A stretch of DNA of 64,000 nucleotides from Clostridia bacterium (GTDB lineage Bacteria; Bacillota; Clostridia; TANB77; CAG-465), in NCBI GenBank assembly GCA_045534225.1, contig JAZSJJ010000004.1:57750-121749 (forward strand), given 5' to 3'. The translations under genes were made by a program, and so were the position numbers. Position 1 is the stretch's first letter; each line of letters starts with the position of its first letter. The notes under the pieces are model-generated. The model saw only the letters and a program-made list of their open reading frames with translations, made no database searches and had not been told where the DNA came from. Positions 19,636 through 29,832 of this stretch are shown here, in pieces.

Positions 19636-20208
19636 GTGATTTTTTTGTTTAATTTAACATATAAAAATATAATTAAAATAGGATATGTAATATGTTTAAT
19701 ATCTGGCTTTGCACTACACTTTGCATACGACTTCTTTAACAACAACTTAATAATAGGGCTATTTACACCAGTAAACGAAAGTGTATCTGAACATCTAAAA
19801 TTAATCTTTTTACCATTTACACTATTTACAATATTCTTCTACTTCTATTCTAAAAAGAAGCTAACAAATGTATTCTTGTTGTCTTTTATAGCTAATATAT
19901 TAGGCACAGCTGCAACAACCATCATATTCTACATAGGTATTAAATTTCTTGGTATGAATAACACAATATTTAACATTGGCACATATATACTTGGAATGAC
20001 CGTAGCATTTGTTACATTCTATCTTGGATTATACAACGATAATTTTCAAGATGCTACAAAAGACTCAAATGAATTAGGAATATGTGCTCTACTCCTTCTT
20101 ACAACACTATTTATAGTTAATACTGTATTACCAGTAAAGTTGCCTATTAACAAAGATCCTGTAGATGGCAGTTATGGGATATTTAAGGTAAATAAAACAC
20201 AGAAATAA
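19636..20208 (+). CDS. DUF6512-like membrane protein
   Basis: GFALHFAYD, PVNESVSEHLKL, C-terminal DPVDGSYG. Confidence 0.65.
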   Translation: MIFLFNLTYKNIIKIGYVICLISGFALHFAYDFFNNNLIIGLFTPVNESVSEHLKLIFLPFTLFTIFFYFYSKKKLTNVFLLSFIANILGTAATTIIFYIGIKFLGMNNTIFNIGTYILGMTVAFVTFYLGLYNDNFQDATKDSNELGICALLLLTTLFIVNTVLPVKLPINKDPVDGSYGIFKVNKTQK

Positions 20209-20228
20209 AATATTTCTGTGTTTTATTT
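20190..20228. terminator. Bidirectional terminator
   Basis: AAATAAAACACAGAAATA/TATTTCTGTGTTTTATTT inverted repeat between convergent stops. Confidence 0.8.
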
Positions 20229-20229
20229 G

Positions 20230-22371
20230 TTATAACTCAAATTGTGAATTATATAGTTCTGCATAGAAACCATTCTTTTCTATTAATGTTTCATGATTTC
20301 CTTGCTCTACAATATTACCATCTCTCATAACTAAGATTAAGTCTGCATTTTTAATTGTAGACAATCTATGTGCAATTATGAATGATGTTCTGTTTTCTGT
20401 TAATTTATCCATTGCTTTTTGAACTAACTCTTCTGTTCTTGTATCTACGTTAGAAGTTGCTTCATCTAGTATTAAGAATGGCGCATCTTCTATCATACCA
20501 CGAGCAATTGTAAGTAACTGCTTTTGCCCTGCAGATATGCTTTCATTATCTGATAAAACTGTATCATAGTTCTTTGGTAGTGTTTTTACAAAGTGATGTA
20601 ATCCAACTTCACGACATACATCTTTTACTCTTTCTATATCTACATCGTCTCTATCATATACGATGTTTTCTTTTACAGTTCCTTCAAATAGCCAAGTATC
20701 TTGAAGTACCATAGTAAATAACTCGTGTATATTCTCTCTTGTTAATTTAGATATATCTACTCCATCTATTTTAATCTTTCCAGAGTTTATTTCGTAGAAC
20801 TTCATAAGTAGATTTACCATTGTTGTTTTACCTGCGCCTGTTGGACCAACTATTGCTATTTTTTGTCCTGGTTCCACTGATGCTGTAAATCCTTTTATTG
20901 TTGGTTCATCGTTACCATCGTATTTAAATACTACATTCTCAAATTCTATTTTACCTTTAACTTTATTCTTATCTAACTTTTTAGTAAAGCTAGATTCATC
21001 TGTCATTTCTTGTTCGTCTAAAAACTCAAATACTCTTTCACTTGCCGCAGCTGTTGTTTGTATTGATGTTAAGCTTTGTGCTATTTGTGAAAGTGGTGAC
21101 GTAAACATTCTTACATAGCTTATGAATGCTACTATTATACCAAAAGATATATATCCATTCATTGCCATTAATGCACCTACTATACATACTGCTACATATC
21201 CAAAATTACCAACAAAATGCATTATTGGTTGCATAAGTCCAGATAAGAATTGACTCATTTTGTTACATTTGAATAACTTCTTATTAAGTTCATCGAATGT
21301 CTCCGTTGCTTGTTTTTTACCATTATATGCTTTCACAACTAAAAGGCCAGAATATATTTCTTCTATATGTCCATTTAGCTTTCCTAATTCTTCTTGACGC
21401 ATTACGAAATACTTTTGAGACTTCTTAAGTATTGTACTCATAAGTAAAAAGCCTATTGCTGTTGTTATAACTGCAACTAATGCTAATATCCAGTTTGTTA
21501 TAAACATCATAAGTAATGTTCCTATAAACATTACTACTGAATATACTAATGTAGATAAAGAACCATTCATTGATTGTGCTATTGTATCTACATCGTTTGT
21601 TACTATAGATAACACATCACCTGTTTGATGTTTATCAAAAAAGCTAAGTGGTAATTTATTTATCTTTATAGATATTCTACTTCTTAAACTTCTTGCAAAA
21701 TTGTTTGCAACATGTGTCATAGAAATTGCTTCAAAAAACCCTGCTAAAGCGCTTACTAAATAAAGCATTGCTATAGTAAATACTATAGATTTAACTTTGT
21801 CTATGTTCATTTTAGGTTCTAATATTTTTTGTATACTTTCTGGTAAATTAGATATCTTGCTATATGCAGCTTGTGGATTTGATGTTACATCTACATCTTT
21901 CATCTCTTTTACAAACTCATATTGTTCATTTGGAAGTATTGCTGTACCATCAATTACTACTGGCTTAAATACTAAAGATATTAGCCCTTCTGGTAAATTA
22001 TCTATATTTAATGGTTCATTACCTATATTTGTAGCTTGGCTTGGTGCTATACCAGGAAGATATGTTGTTAATGTTTCTTGTATATGATTTGTTAACTCTT
22101 GTAAATTTTCTGTATTTATTTTTATTCCATTAGATATTTCATCTGTTAAATCTGCTAATTTATCTGGTGCAGATATGAATATTACAGAACTTACTATAGA
22201 GAAAATTATACCTATTAACATCAATATTTTCCATTTACCAAGTTCCTTAACAAGTCTTTTTACTGCAGACTTAAAGTCTTTTGCTTTTTCCCCAGGTGCT
22301 CCTGGTGGACCTCCGCCTGGTCCAAATCTTCTAGGAGGTCTTCTTGTTGTCGTTGTTCTCTTATTATCCAT
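20230..22371 (-). CDS. ABC exporter, TMD+NBD half with consensus Walker B and switch
   Basis: GPTGAGKT, ISAGQKQ, LILDEATS, IAHRLST; long extracellular loop insert. Confidence 0.92.
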   Translation of the reverse strand: MDNKRTTTTRRPPRRFGPGGGPPGAPGEKAKDFKSAVKRLVKELGKWKILMLIGIIFSIVSSVIFISAPDKLADLTDEISNGIKINTENLQELTNHIQETLTTYLPGIAPSQATNIGNEPLNIDNLPEGLISLVFKPVVIDGTAILPNEQYEFVKEMKDVDVTSNPQAAYSKISNLPESIQKILEPKMNIDKVKSIVFTIAMLYLVSALAGFFEAISMTHVANNFARSLRSRISIKINKLPLSFFDKHQTGDVLSIVTNDVDTIAQSMNGSLSTLVYSVVMFIGTLLMMFITNWILALVAVITTAIGFLLMSTILKKSQKYFVMRQEELGKLNGHIEEIYSGLLVVKAYNGKKQATETFDELNKKLFKCNKMSQFLSGLMQPIMHFVGNFGYVAVCIVGALMAMNGYISFGIIVAFISYVRMFTSPLSQIAQSLTSIQTTAAASERVFEFLDEQEMTDESSFTKKLDKNKVKGKIEFENVVFKYDGNDEPTIKGFTASVEPGQKIAIVGPTGAGKTTMVNLLMKFYEINSGKIKIDGVDISKLTRENIHELFTMVLQDTWLFEGTVKENIVYDRDDVDIERVKDVCREVGLHHFVKTLPKNYDTVLSDNESISAGQKQLLTIARGMIEDAPFLILDEATSNVDTRTEELVQKAMDKLTENRTSFIIAHRLSTIKNADLILVMRDGNIVEQGNHETLIEKNGFYAELYNSQFEL

Positions 22372-24127
22372 TTGCTAACTCCTCCTCTGAAAGTTGTGAA
22401 AGTGCTATTTCTTTATACACTTCGCAGTTTTGTAATAATTCTTTATGTGTGCCCTCTCCTACCATTAATCCTTTATCTAGAACTATTATTTTATCTGCGT
22501 TCATTATTGTACCAATTCTTTGTGCAACTATTATACTTGTTGCATCCTTTGTATAGTCTTTTAATGCCTTTCTAAGTTTACTATCTGTCTTGTAGTCTAA
22601 TGCTGAGAAGCTATCGTCAAAGATGTATATTTCAGGATCACGCGCTATAGCTCTTGCTATAGATATTCTTTGTTTTTGTCCTCCGGAAATATTTGTTCCA
22701 CCTTGTGCAAGCTCTGTTTCATAGCCTTCATCCATTTTTTCTACAAACTCTTTAGCTTGAGCAACTTCAATTGCCTCTTTAATCTTCTTTGGTTTCTTTT
22801 CGCCTTTGCCATTATCCCCATAAGACACATTAAAGTTTACTGAACCATCAAATATTACTGCTTTTTGTGAAACATAGCCTATTTTGTTGTTTAAGAACTC
22901 TTGTGAGTATTTTTTAACATCTACACCATCTACTAAAACAACACCTTCTGTTGCATCATAGAATCTTGGTATTAGATTAATTAAAGTAGACTTACCACTA
23001 CCTGTTGAACCAATAAATGCTACTGTTTCTCCTTTTTCCGCTTTAAACGAAATATCTTTAAGTAGATATTCATCTGCATCTGGATATTTGAAACATACAT
23101 TTCTAAATTCTACTGTTCCTCTTTCTTTAGTAGTATTTTCTGCAAGTTCACCATCTTTTACAGTTATATCTGTTTCTAATACTTCATTAATACGTTTAGC
23201 TGAAACTGCCGCTCTTGGGAACATTACAAATGTTACAGTAAGCATTAAGAATGACATTATTACTTGAGTGGCATATGTACCAAATACAACCATATCTCCA
23301 AATATACCTATTTTACCAGCTATTGGAGAATTCATAATTAATATTGCCCCTATAAAATATATAGATAGAGTTACACCATGCATAACCATAGTCATAACGG
23401 GATCTAAGAAAGCAAATGCTTTTTGGTTAGATAATTGTAGGTTTGTTAATTTGTTGTTAACAACTTCAAATTTATCTTGTTGGTATTCTTCAGCATTAAA
23501 TGCTCTAACAACTCTTATACCATTTAAGTTTTCTCTTGTTACTGAGTTAACCTTATCTATTAATTTTTGTACTATTTTAAATCTTGGAACAACTATAGAT
23601 ATAAGGATACCTATTGCTGTTAAAAGTATTGCAACTGCTACTGCAGTAGCTATACTCCATTCTACACTTTTACCTAATATTTTAGATATTGCCCAACATG
23701 CTGTGATAGGAGCCTTTACCATATGCATAAGTCCAATTCCAACTAACATTTGTACTTGACCAATATCGTTTGTTGTTCTAGTTATAAGACTACTAGTAGA
23801 AAAATCTTTTACCTCATTTATAGAAAGATTACATACTTTATTAAATAATTTCTTTCTTATCTTCATAGAAAATGTTGCTGCTAAACTAGATGTTTGGTAT
23901 TTAGTAAGTACCATAAACATTAAACTACCTAGTGCACAGGCTAACATAAACGCACCATTTGTTAATATGTCTACCATCTTGCTTCCTGCTGTTTGTACTA
24001 GAACTGTAACTTCAGACATATAATCTGGCATTCTAAGTTCTAGACTTACTTGGCATACTACAAGGGCTATTATTAACAATGCGCGAAATAAATCTTTTTT
24101 ATTTAATACTTTTAATAATTTAAACAT
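22364..24127 (-). CDS. ABC exporter, TMD+NBD half with degenerate Walker B and switch
   Basis: GSTGSGKS, ISGGQKQR, IFDDSFS, VAQR; typical TM287/288-type heterodimer; ATG at 24127. Confidence 0.92.
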   Translation of the reverse strand: MFKLLKVLNKKDLFRALLIIALVVCQVSLELRMPDYMSEVTVLVQTAGSKMVDILTNGAFMLACALGSLMFMVLTKYQTSSLAATFSMKIRKKLFNKVCNLSINEVKDFSTSSLITRTTNDIGQVQMLVGIGLMHMVKAPITACWAISKILGKSVEWSIATAVAVAILLTAIGILISIVVPRFKIVQKLIDKVNSVTRENLNGIRVVRAFNAEEYQQDKFEVVNNKLTNLQLSNQKAFAFLDPVMTMVMHGVTLSIYFIGAILIMNSPIAGKIGIFGDMVVFGTYATQVIMSFLMLTVTFVMFPRAAVSAKRINEVLETDITVKDGELAENTTKERGTVEFRNVCFKYPDADEYLLKDISFKAEKGETVAFIGSTGSGKSTLINLIPRFYDATEGVVLVDGVDVKKYSQEFLNNKIGYVSQKAVIFDGSVNFNVSYGDNGKGEKKPKKIKEAIEVAQAKEFVEKMDEGYETELAQGGTNISGGQKQRISIARAIARDPEIYIFDDSFSALDYKTDSKLRKALKDYTKDATSIIVAQRIGTIMNADKIIVLDKGLMVGEGTHKELLQNCEVYKEIALSQLSEEELANG

Positions 24128-24203
24128 CTTTACCCTTCCTCTTACTATCTTCAAATTATATGCTTTAAGAAAGAAAAAGTCAACGAAAACAGTATTCTAA
24201 GAC

Positions 24204-24259
24204 AATATTTCACATAATAAAACAGCAGGATATTCCACTGCTGTTTTGTATATTATTTT
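24204..24259. repeat. Imperfect direct repeat, copy 1 (contains a terminator hairpin)
   Basis: aatatttcacataataaaacagcaggatattccactgctgttttgtatattatttt; 48 of 59 columns identical to copy 2 in a manual alignment. Confidence 0.8.
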
Positions 24260-25284
24260 ACTAAACTAAAGTCTGTTGTTGTTCCAACTGTTGCAGGTGT
24301 ACTTAATTTCAAACAAACAACAGGATTTATTCCCACGTATTGTTCCTTATAAGAATAAGCATTTATAAAGCCCATACCGGCTGCATATATTGTTTCCTCT
24401 GTTAGAGCCGCTGGCGTTGCAACAAAATAATAATAATTTTGTTTAGTGGCTTCAAATGACATTGCAGCTTGATATCCGTACTTTTTTGACCAATCTATAA
24501 AATAACCGTATTCTCCGTTTTCTTGCGTTTTATCAATTATATATTTTACTTTGCCCGGGTTAACTTGTTCATATGCTGCAAGTAATATTTCAACAGTTGG
24601 TCCTCCAATTGCTCCCACTACGTTTGTTCCATAATCTTCGGTATTAGCATAATTGCTATATCCAGTTATTAATCCTGCTACAGATTTATTATTTAAATAT
24701 ATATCTGTAAGTGTGTAGTCTGTATTGTTAAGTCTAAATATATTATATATTTCTAAATATGTTCTACCTGTATTAGCCATTCTACTTAAATTTGCAACAC
24801 TTTCATTTGCCGCAATTGGAGACATTCCTTGATAAGTAGAAGTTATTAAAAAAACATAGCCATTCTTTTCGTCTACATATAATATTTTCCAATCTTCTAC
24901 ACCATTTGCCTTATAATCTACTGTTTTTCCTATATCACTCGCTTTAATTAAATGTCCTAGTGTAATAGAATTAATATCTGTAATTGTTATTCCAGTATTT
25001 GTTACATCAATAATCCACTTATCTTCTTTGATATTTTGTTCATTTAGCTGCTCTTTTACTTTATCTACTAATTCCTCATCACGCAAACCATCCATATACA
25101 CATCTGCCCATATTAATGCAGCTATGTCTTGTACTTGACTTTGATTAGTTACATCTACCGCTTGACTAGCTTTATTTATTATTCCTGTGTTTGAAAGTGT
25201 TATTACTACACTTGCAGCGAGTATTATCATAACTATTATTGTTATTACTAGTACTATTAAAGATATTCCCTTTTTCATTTGCAT
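24253..25284 (-). CDS. Type IV pilin-like protein (class III signal) with DUF6273/CLec-like C-terminal domain
   Basis: KKG|ISLIVLVITIIVMIILAASVVITL; VDY..W.IL..G..FLI and YFVATP...GINPVVCL motifs; start at 25284 or 25278. Confidence 0.8.
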   Translation of the reverse strand: MQMKKGISLIVLVITIIVMIILAASVVITLSNTGIINKASQAVDVTNQSQVQDIAALIWADVYMDGLRDEELVDKVKEQLNEQNIKEDKWIIDVTNTGITITDINSITLGHLIKASDIGKTVDYKANGVEDWKILYVDEKNGYVFLITSTYQGMSPIAANESVANLSRMANTGRTYLEIYNIFRLNNTDYTLTDIYLNNKSVAGLITGYSNYANTEDYGTNVVGAIGGPTVEILLAAYEQVNPGKVKYIIDKTQENGEYGYFIDWSKKYGYQAAMSFEATKQNYYYFVATPAALTEETIYAAGMGFINAYSYKEQYVGINPVVCLKLSTPATVGTTTDFSLVK

Positions 25285-25360
25285 TTTTACCTCTTTTCTT
25301 TCATACATCTATACTATTATATATTATGTTTTTATTCAAGTGTTTAATTTAACAATCTAT

Positions 25361-25419
25361 AATATTTCACATAATATAAAATAGCAGTGAAACTTCACTG
25401 CCATTCTATATATTATTTT
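25361..25419. repeat. Imperfect direct repeat, copy 2
   Basis: aatatttcacataatataaaatagcagtgaaacttcactgccattctatatattatttt. Confidence 0.8.
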
Positions 25420-25712
25420 TATCTTTCATCTGCATCTTTTTTGATGCTGTTTTTGCTATACTCTTCACACATTATCTTGTATAAATCACGTAAACCAACC
25501 ATTATTTTAGCTTTATTATATAAGTTTTGCATTGCCTCTTTATCATTGCTATCAAAAGAATTAACTACATCTTCTGGATTTATCCACATTTGAGCTAAAT
25601 TACCTACTTCTCTAATAGCATCAGGATTTCCTGCTAAAAGTCTAGCTTTCATCTCTTCATTTCCTTTAAATAATTCGTTTATTTTTTCTTGTGTCTCTGC
25701 TGATAAAATCAT
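25419..25712 (-). CDS. Hypothetical protein
   Basis: 97-aa ORF with AAGGAG RBS; no recognisable motif. Confidence 0.7.
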   Translation of the reverse strand: MILSAETQEKINELFKGNEEMKARLLAGNPDAIREVGNLAQMWINPEDVVNSFDSNDKEAMQNLYNKAKIMVGLRDLYKIMCEEYSKNSIKKDADER

Positions 25713-25738
25713 ATTGTTTTCTCCTTATATTTTTGTTC

Positions 25739-26394
25739 TTATTTCTTACTTTTAGAAGTACATTTAGCTATTAATTTGTCTATTCCGTAGAAAACAAATC
25801 CTACTACTACAAATCCTACTGTTAGTATAGCTACCCATTTAGCAACTCCACCTACACCTAATGTGTCTAGGTTTAAGAAGAAATATGGATAGATATATGG
25901 AGCTTCCGGATTAAATCCTAAAATCCATGCTCTTATATATATAAATATTACATATACAAGTGGAAATGCCATAGAATATACAGGATATATAGCTTTTACT
26001 TTTCCTCTTTCATAGAATAAAAACCAATGTGCTATATACATAATTGGTAGTACTATATGAAATAGTACACTGTTTATTCTAAAGTTTAAATACATTTCTC
26101 TATCGCCTGCAAGTATAAAATTAAATACTATAAATGTAAGTAATATTGCAAGTAATCCTATAAACTTTAATACTGGACATTTATCTACATAAGAATCTTC
26201 TTTCTTTTTTATTGTTTGAATTAATCCAGCAAATACTACACCAATACATAGGTAGTTGCTTAGATTTGTAAAATGAACATAGAAATCACTTCTAAATTCG
26301 TAATTAAATATTCCAAAACTTGCAATTATACCTAATAATCCTAGTGTACAAAAAGCAGTTCAAATATTAACTGACATGTTCTGTTTTTTATCAT
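25739..26394 (-). pseudogene. Pr6Pr-family membrane protein with a 1-nt frameshift near 26360
   Basis: ATG at 26394 (AAGGGG RBS) reads MIKNRTCQLIF and stops after 17 codons; the adjacent frame continues TAFCTLGLLG..HFTNLSN..LFHIVLP..YPYFFLN to 25739; span of 656 nt is one short of a codon multiple. Confidence 0.75.
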
Positions 26395-26565
26395 ATATTT
26401 TTACCCCTTTCAAGACAAGTGTATTACACTTTACCTTTACCAAAACATTATATCACTTTTTCTACAAACTCAAGTATGTCTCTATCTATTTTATTTTTGT
26501 AAAATCATTGAAATATATATGTTTTTGTAATATAATAAATACATGAATTTTAAGGAGGAAAGATT

Positions 26566-27855
26566 ATGTTAGACATTAAATTCGTACGCGAAAATCCCGA
26601 CATAGTTAGGGAAAACATTAAAAAGAAATTTCAAGATAAAAAATTACCTCTAGTTGATGAAGTAATTGAGTTGGATAAACAAGTACGTTCCTTAAAACAA
26701 CAAGGCGATGAATTAAGAACTAAAAGAAATAATATTAGCCAAACTATTGGTATGCTAATGAAAGAGAAAAAGGTTGAAGAAGCCGGCTTAAGAAAAGTTG
26801 AAGTTGTTAAGATTAACGAAGAACTTGTACATATCGAAGAAGAAGAGGCTAAAGTATCCGCTATATTAAAAGAAAAAATGATGGTTATACCAAATATTAT
26901 AGATGACTCTGTACCTATTGGTAAAGACGACAGCGAAAACGTTGAAGTAGAAAAATATGGTGAACCAGTAGTACCAAGTTACGAAATACCATATCACGCA
27001 GATATACTAGGAAGCTTTGCTGGTCTAGACAAAGAAGCTTCTGCTAGAACAAGTGGTAATGGATTCTATTACCTAATGGGAGACATGGCACGTCTACACT
27101 CTGCTATGATTTCTTATGCAAGAGACTTTATGATAAATAAAGGTTTCAATTATTGCATACCACCATTTATGATTAAATCTGATGTTGTAACTGGTGTTAT
27201 GAGCTTTGAAGAAATGGGCGCTATGATGTACAAAATTGAAGGTGAAGATTTATACCTAATTGGTACTTCTGAACACTCTATGATTGGTAAATTCAAAAAC
27301 CAAACAATAGATGAAAAGAACTTACCATTAAACCTTACTTCTTATTCTCCATGTTTTAGAAAAGAAGTTGGAGCTCACGGTATCGAAGAAAGAGGTGTTT
27401 ACAGAGTTCACCAATTCGAAAAACAAGAAATGGTTGTATTGTGTTTACCAGAAGAATCTATGGATTGGTATAACAAAATGTGGAGTTATACAGTAGAATT
27501 CTTTAGAAGCTTAGATATACCTGTAAGAACATTAGAATGCTGCAGTGGAGATTTAGCTGATCTTAAGGTTAAATCTTGCGATATTGAAGCTTGGTCACCA
27601 AGACAACAAAAATACTTTGAAGTTGGTTCTTGCTCTAACCTAACAGATGCTCAAGCTAGACGTTTAGGAATCCGTGCAAGAGGTGAAAACGGTAACTACT
27701 TCTTACATACATTAAACAACACTGTACTTGCTACTCCACGTGGATTAATTGCATTTGTAGAAAACAACTACAACGAAGATGGAACAATATCTATTCCAGA
27801 AGCATTAAGACCATATATGGGAGGACAAGAAAAAATTTATCCAAAGAATAAATAA
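26566..27855 (+). CDS. serS: Serine--tRNA ligase
   Basis: MLDIKFVREN, LIGTSEH, CFRKEVG, RVHQFEKQE, EVGSCSN, HTLNNT. Confidence 0.97.
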   Translation: MLDIKFVRENPDIVRENIKKKFQDKKLPLVDEVIELDKQVRSLKQQGDELRTKRNNISQTIGMLMKEKKVEEAGLRKVEVVKINEELVHIEEEEAKVSAILKEKMMVIPNIIDDSVPIGKDDSENVEVEKYGEPVVPSYEIPYHADILGSFAGLDKEASARTSGNGFYYLMGDMARLHSAMISYARDFMINKGFNYCIPPFMIKSDVVTGVMSFEEMGAMMYKIEGEDLYLIGTSEHSMIGKFKNQTIDEKNLPLNLTSYSPCFRKEVGAHGIEERGVYRVHQFEKQEMVVLCLPEESMDWYNKMWSYTVEFFRSLDIPVRTLECCSGDLADLKVKSCDIEAWSPRQQKYFEVGSCSNLTDAQARRLGIRARGENGNYFLHTLNNTVLATPRGLIAFVENNYNEDGTISIPEALRPYMGGQEKIYPKNK

Positions 27856-27890
27856 TAACAATAATTATACTAATATATTAAAGGAGATTT

Positions 27891-28472
27891 ATGGAATACT
27901 TAAAAAACGTAGAATTTGTAAAATCTGTATTTAATAAAGGTGATTTAATCCGTGATGATTTACCTATCATAGCAATGGTTGGTAAATCTAACGTTGGTAA
28001 ATCTTCATTTATTAATACACTTACAAATAATAAAAATACTGCAAAAGTTGGTCAAACACCTGGCAAAACTAAATGCTTAAACTTTTTCTTAGTAGATAAG
28101 AAATTCTATTTAGTAGACTTACCTGGTTACGGCTACTCTACTATGTCTGAGAAAGAAAAGGAAAATATAAACAAACTAACAAACTATTTCTTAGAGAATA
28201 ACAAAAATATTAAACATATATTTTCTCTAATAGACATACGCCATCTTCCATCTAAGGATGATAGAGCTATGTATGATTGGTTAGTAGCTTTAGAAAAAGA
28301 TTTTACAATAATACTAAACAAAGCAGATAAGCTTTCAAATGCTAAAATTGAAGCAAGCATAAAAGATATGGCTAAAGCATTATTTGCTAAAGAAGAAATG
28401 ATACCATTCTCTACTGAAACAAAATTAAATCTAGATAAAGTATTAGATATTATTAAAGAAAAAATGAATTAG
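27891..28472 (+). CDS. engB: Ribosome biogenesis GTPase YsxC/EngB
   Basis: GKSNVGKSS, PGKT, DLPGYG, NKAD. Confidence 0.93.
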   Translation: MEYLKNVEFVKSVFNKGDLIRDDLPIIAMVGKSNVGKSSFINTLTNNKNTAKVGQTPGKTKCLNFFLVDKKFYLVDLPGYGYSTMSEKEKENINKLTNYFLENNKNIKHIFSLIDIRHLPSKDDRAMYDWLVALEKDFTIILNKADKLSNAKIEASIKDMAKALFAKEEMIPFSTETKLNLDKVLDIIKEKMN

Positions 28473-28479
28473 ATATGTT

Positions 28480-28508
28480 AAAAGCAACGGATTATCCGTT
28501 GCTTTTTC
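28480..28508. terminator. Bidirectional terminator
   Basis: AAAAGCAACGGAT/ATCCGTTGCTTTT. Confidence 0.8.
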
Positions 28509-28513
28509 TAATC

Positions 28514-29767
28514 TTATTTATTTGTTATTGTCCAATAGCCTTCTGTTACTGGTGCTAATGTTGTATCTTTTTCTAACGCTACCACTGCTCTGACTCCAGT
28601 TGATATACCCGTACCATATTCACCGCTATGCATTATATGCGCCCCGCCTATCGATACGCTTGATGGAAATACAGCATGTAGTCCATATCCAGTCATAACT
28701 GTATTAGACGGCGTCACCAACGCTCCGTAAGATGTTGTCGCTAACAAATATTCTCGATTTTCTCCATCTATCTCTACGAACAATTCGTATTCTGGAGTTC
28801 CTTCATCAAATTCCATCATATAAACTTTGCCATATGTATTACTATGTAATACCGCCTTCTTTGTAGGATCGCTATCTGCAACAATTGGTCCAGCAACTTT
28901 ATTATTTGTGCTCTTATACCATTTTCCTGTACTATCATCACGCCATACAAATTCCGTCCAGTTTTTAGTTTGTCCCAAATTATCCACTTTGTATTCTTGG
29001 TCTCCTATTTTACAAACAGGCATATCAGTACCATCCCAATAAAATGCAACTTCTGCTCCGTAATCTGTTATATTTATTCCTTCTTGAGCTAATACAAATT
29101 CCGACCCAACAAATGTAGTTGGATCATATTTTGTTATCCTATTCAAATCCGAACCCGAAATCGACCTCACCCTTGCAGCTTTTTTTCCATTTCCGAAAGG
29201 CAAACAAAGTTTAGCAAGTTCGTTTTCAAAGTTATCATAATACGCTTGTGCTTCAGCTAATGTGGTGATTTGAGTTTCTATTCCTTCAATTACATTTTTG
29301 TTAGAAACCAATAAAAGTTCTCCATTTTCTGCGCCTAAGACTCTCCAACCATTTTCATCTTCATAGTCTTCTACTCCTGCTTCATAATCCACATAATCTC
29401 CTACATATAATATATCCTTACCATTTGTTACACTAGAACCATCTTGTTTCCATCCTTTATCACCTTTTAATGTAACTACTATACCTTTATTCGTTACATC
29501 AAATTCATATAAATCATTATAATCTTCAAGTTCTTTTAATACATCTTCTTTTAATGTATCTCCTCTTTTACCATCTAAATATTCCTCAGACCACACAAGA
29601 GACGCTAAATTTTGTACTTGTTGCATATTTGTTTTATCTACTGCTTCCCCTGCTTTATTTATTACACCTGTATTGCTTAATGTTATAACAACACTAGCTG
29701 CTAAAATTATCATAACTATTATTGTTATTACTAATACTATTAAAGATATACCTTTTTTGTTTTTCAT
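28514..29767 (-). CDS. Type IV pilin-like protein, paralog 2, with DUF6273/CLec-like C-terminal domain
   Basis: KKG|ISLIVLVITIIVMIILAASVVITLSNTG; GDYVDY..WRVLG..GELLLVS; YLLAT..GVRAVVAL; ATG at 29767 with AAGGAG RBS. Confidence 0.8.
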   Translation of the reverse strand: MKNKKGISLIVLVITIIVMIILAASVVITLSNTGVINKAGEAVDKTNMQQVQNLASLVWSEEYLDGKRGDTLKEDVLKELEDYNDLYEFDVTNKGIVVTLKGDKGWKQDGSSVTNGKDILYVGDYVDYEAGVEDYEDENGWRVLGAENGELLLVSNKNVIEGIETQITTLAEAQAYYDNFENELAKLCLPFGNGKKAARVRSISGSDLNRITKYDPTTFVGSEFVLAQEGINITDYGAEVAFYWDGTDMPVCKIGDQEYKVDNLGQTKNWTEFVWRDDSTGKWYKSTNNKVAGPIVADSDPTKKAVLHSNTYGKVYMMEFDEGTPEYELFVEIDGENREYLLATTSYGALVTPSNTVMTGYGLHAVFPSSVSIGGAHIMHSGEYGTGISTGVRAVVALEKDTTLAPVTEGYWTITNK

Positions 29768-29832
29768 ACATTTCTCCTTTGTTATATACAATTATATTAT
29801 TATATTTTTATTTTTTTAGCAATATATTTTCT

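Noticed and set aside
26400-26565. T-box leader upstream of serS
   Set aside because: A promoter-like TATAAT lies ~30 nt from the start; no T-box motif or terminator
24253-29767. Complete diversity-generating retroelement
   Set aside because: No reverse transcriptase or template repeat in this window; a remote DGR cannot be excluded
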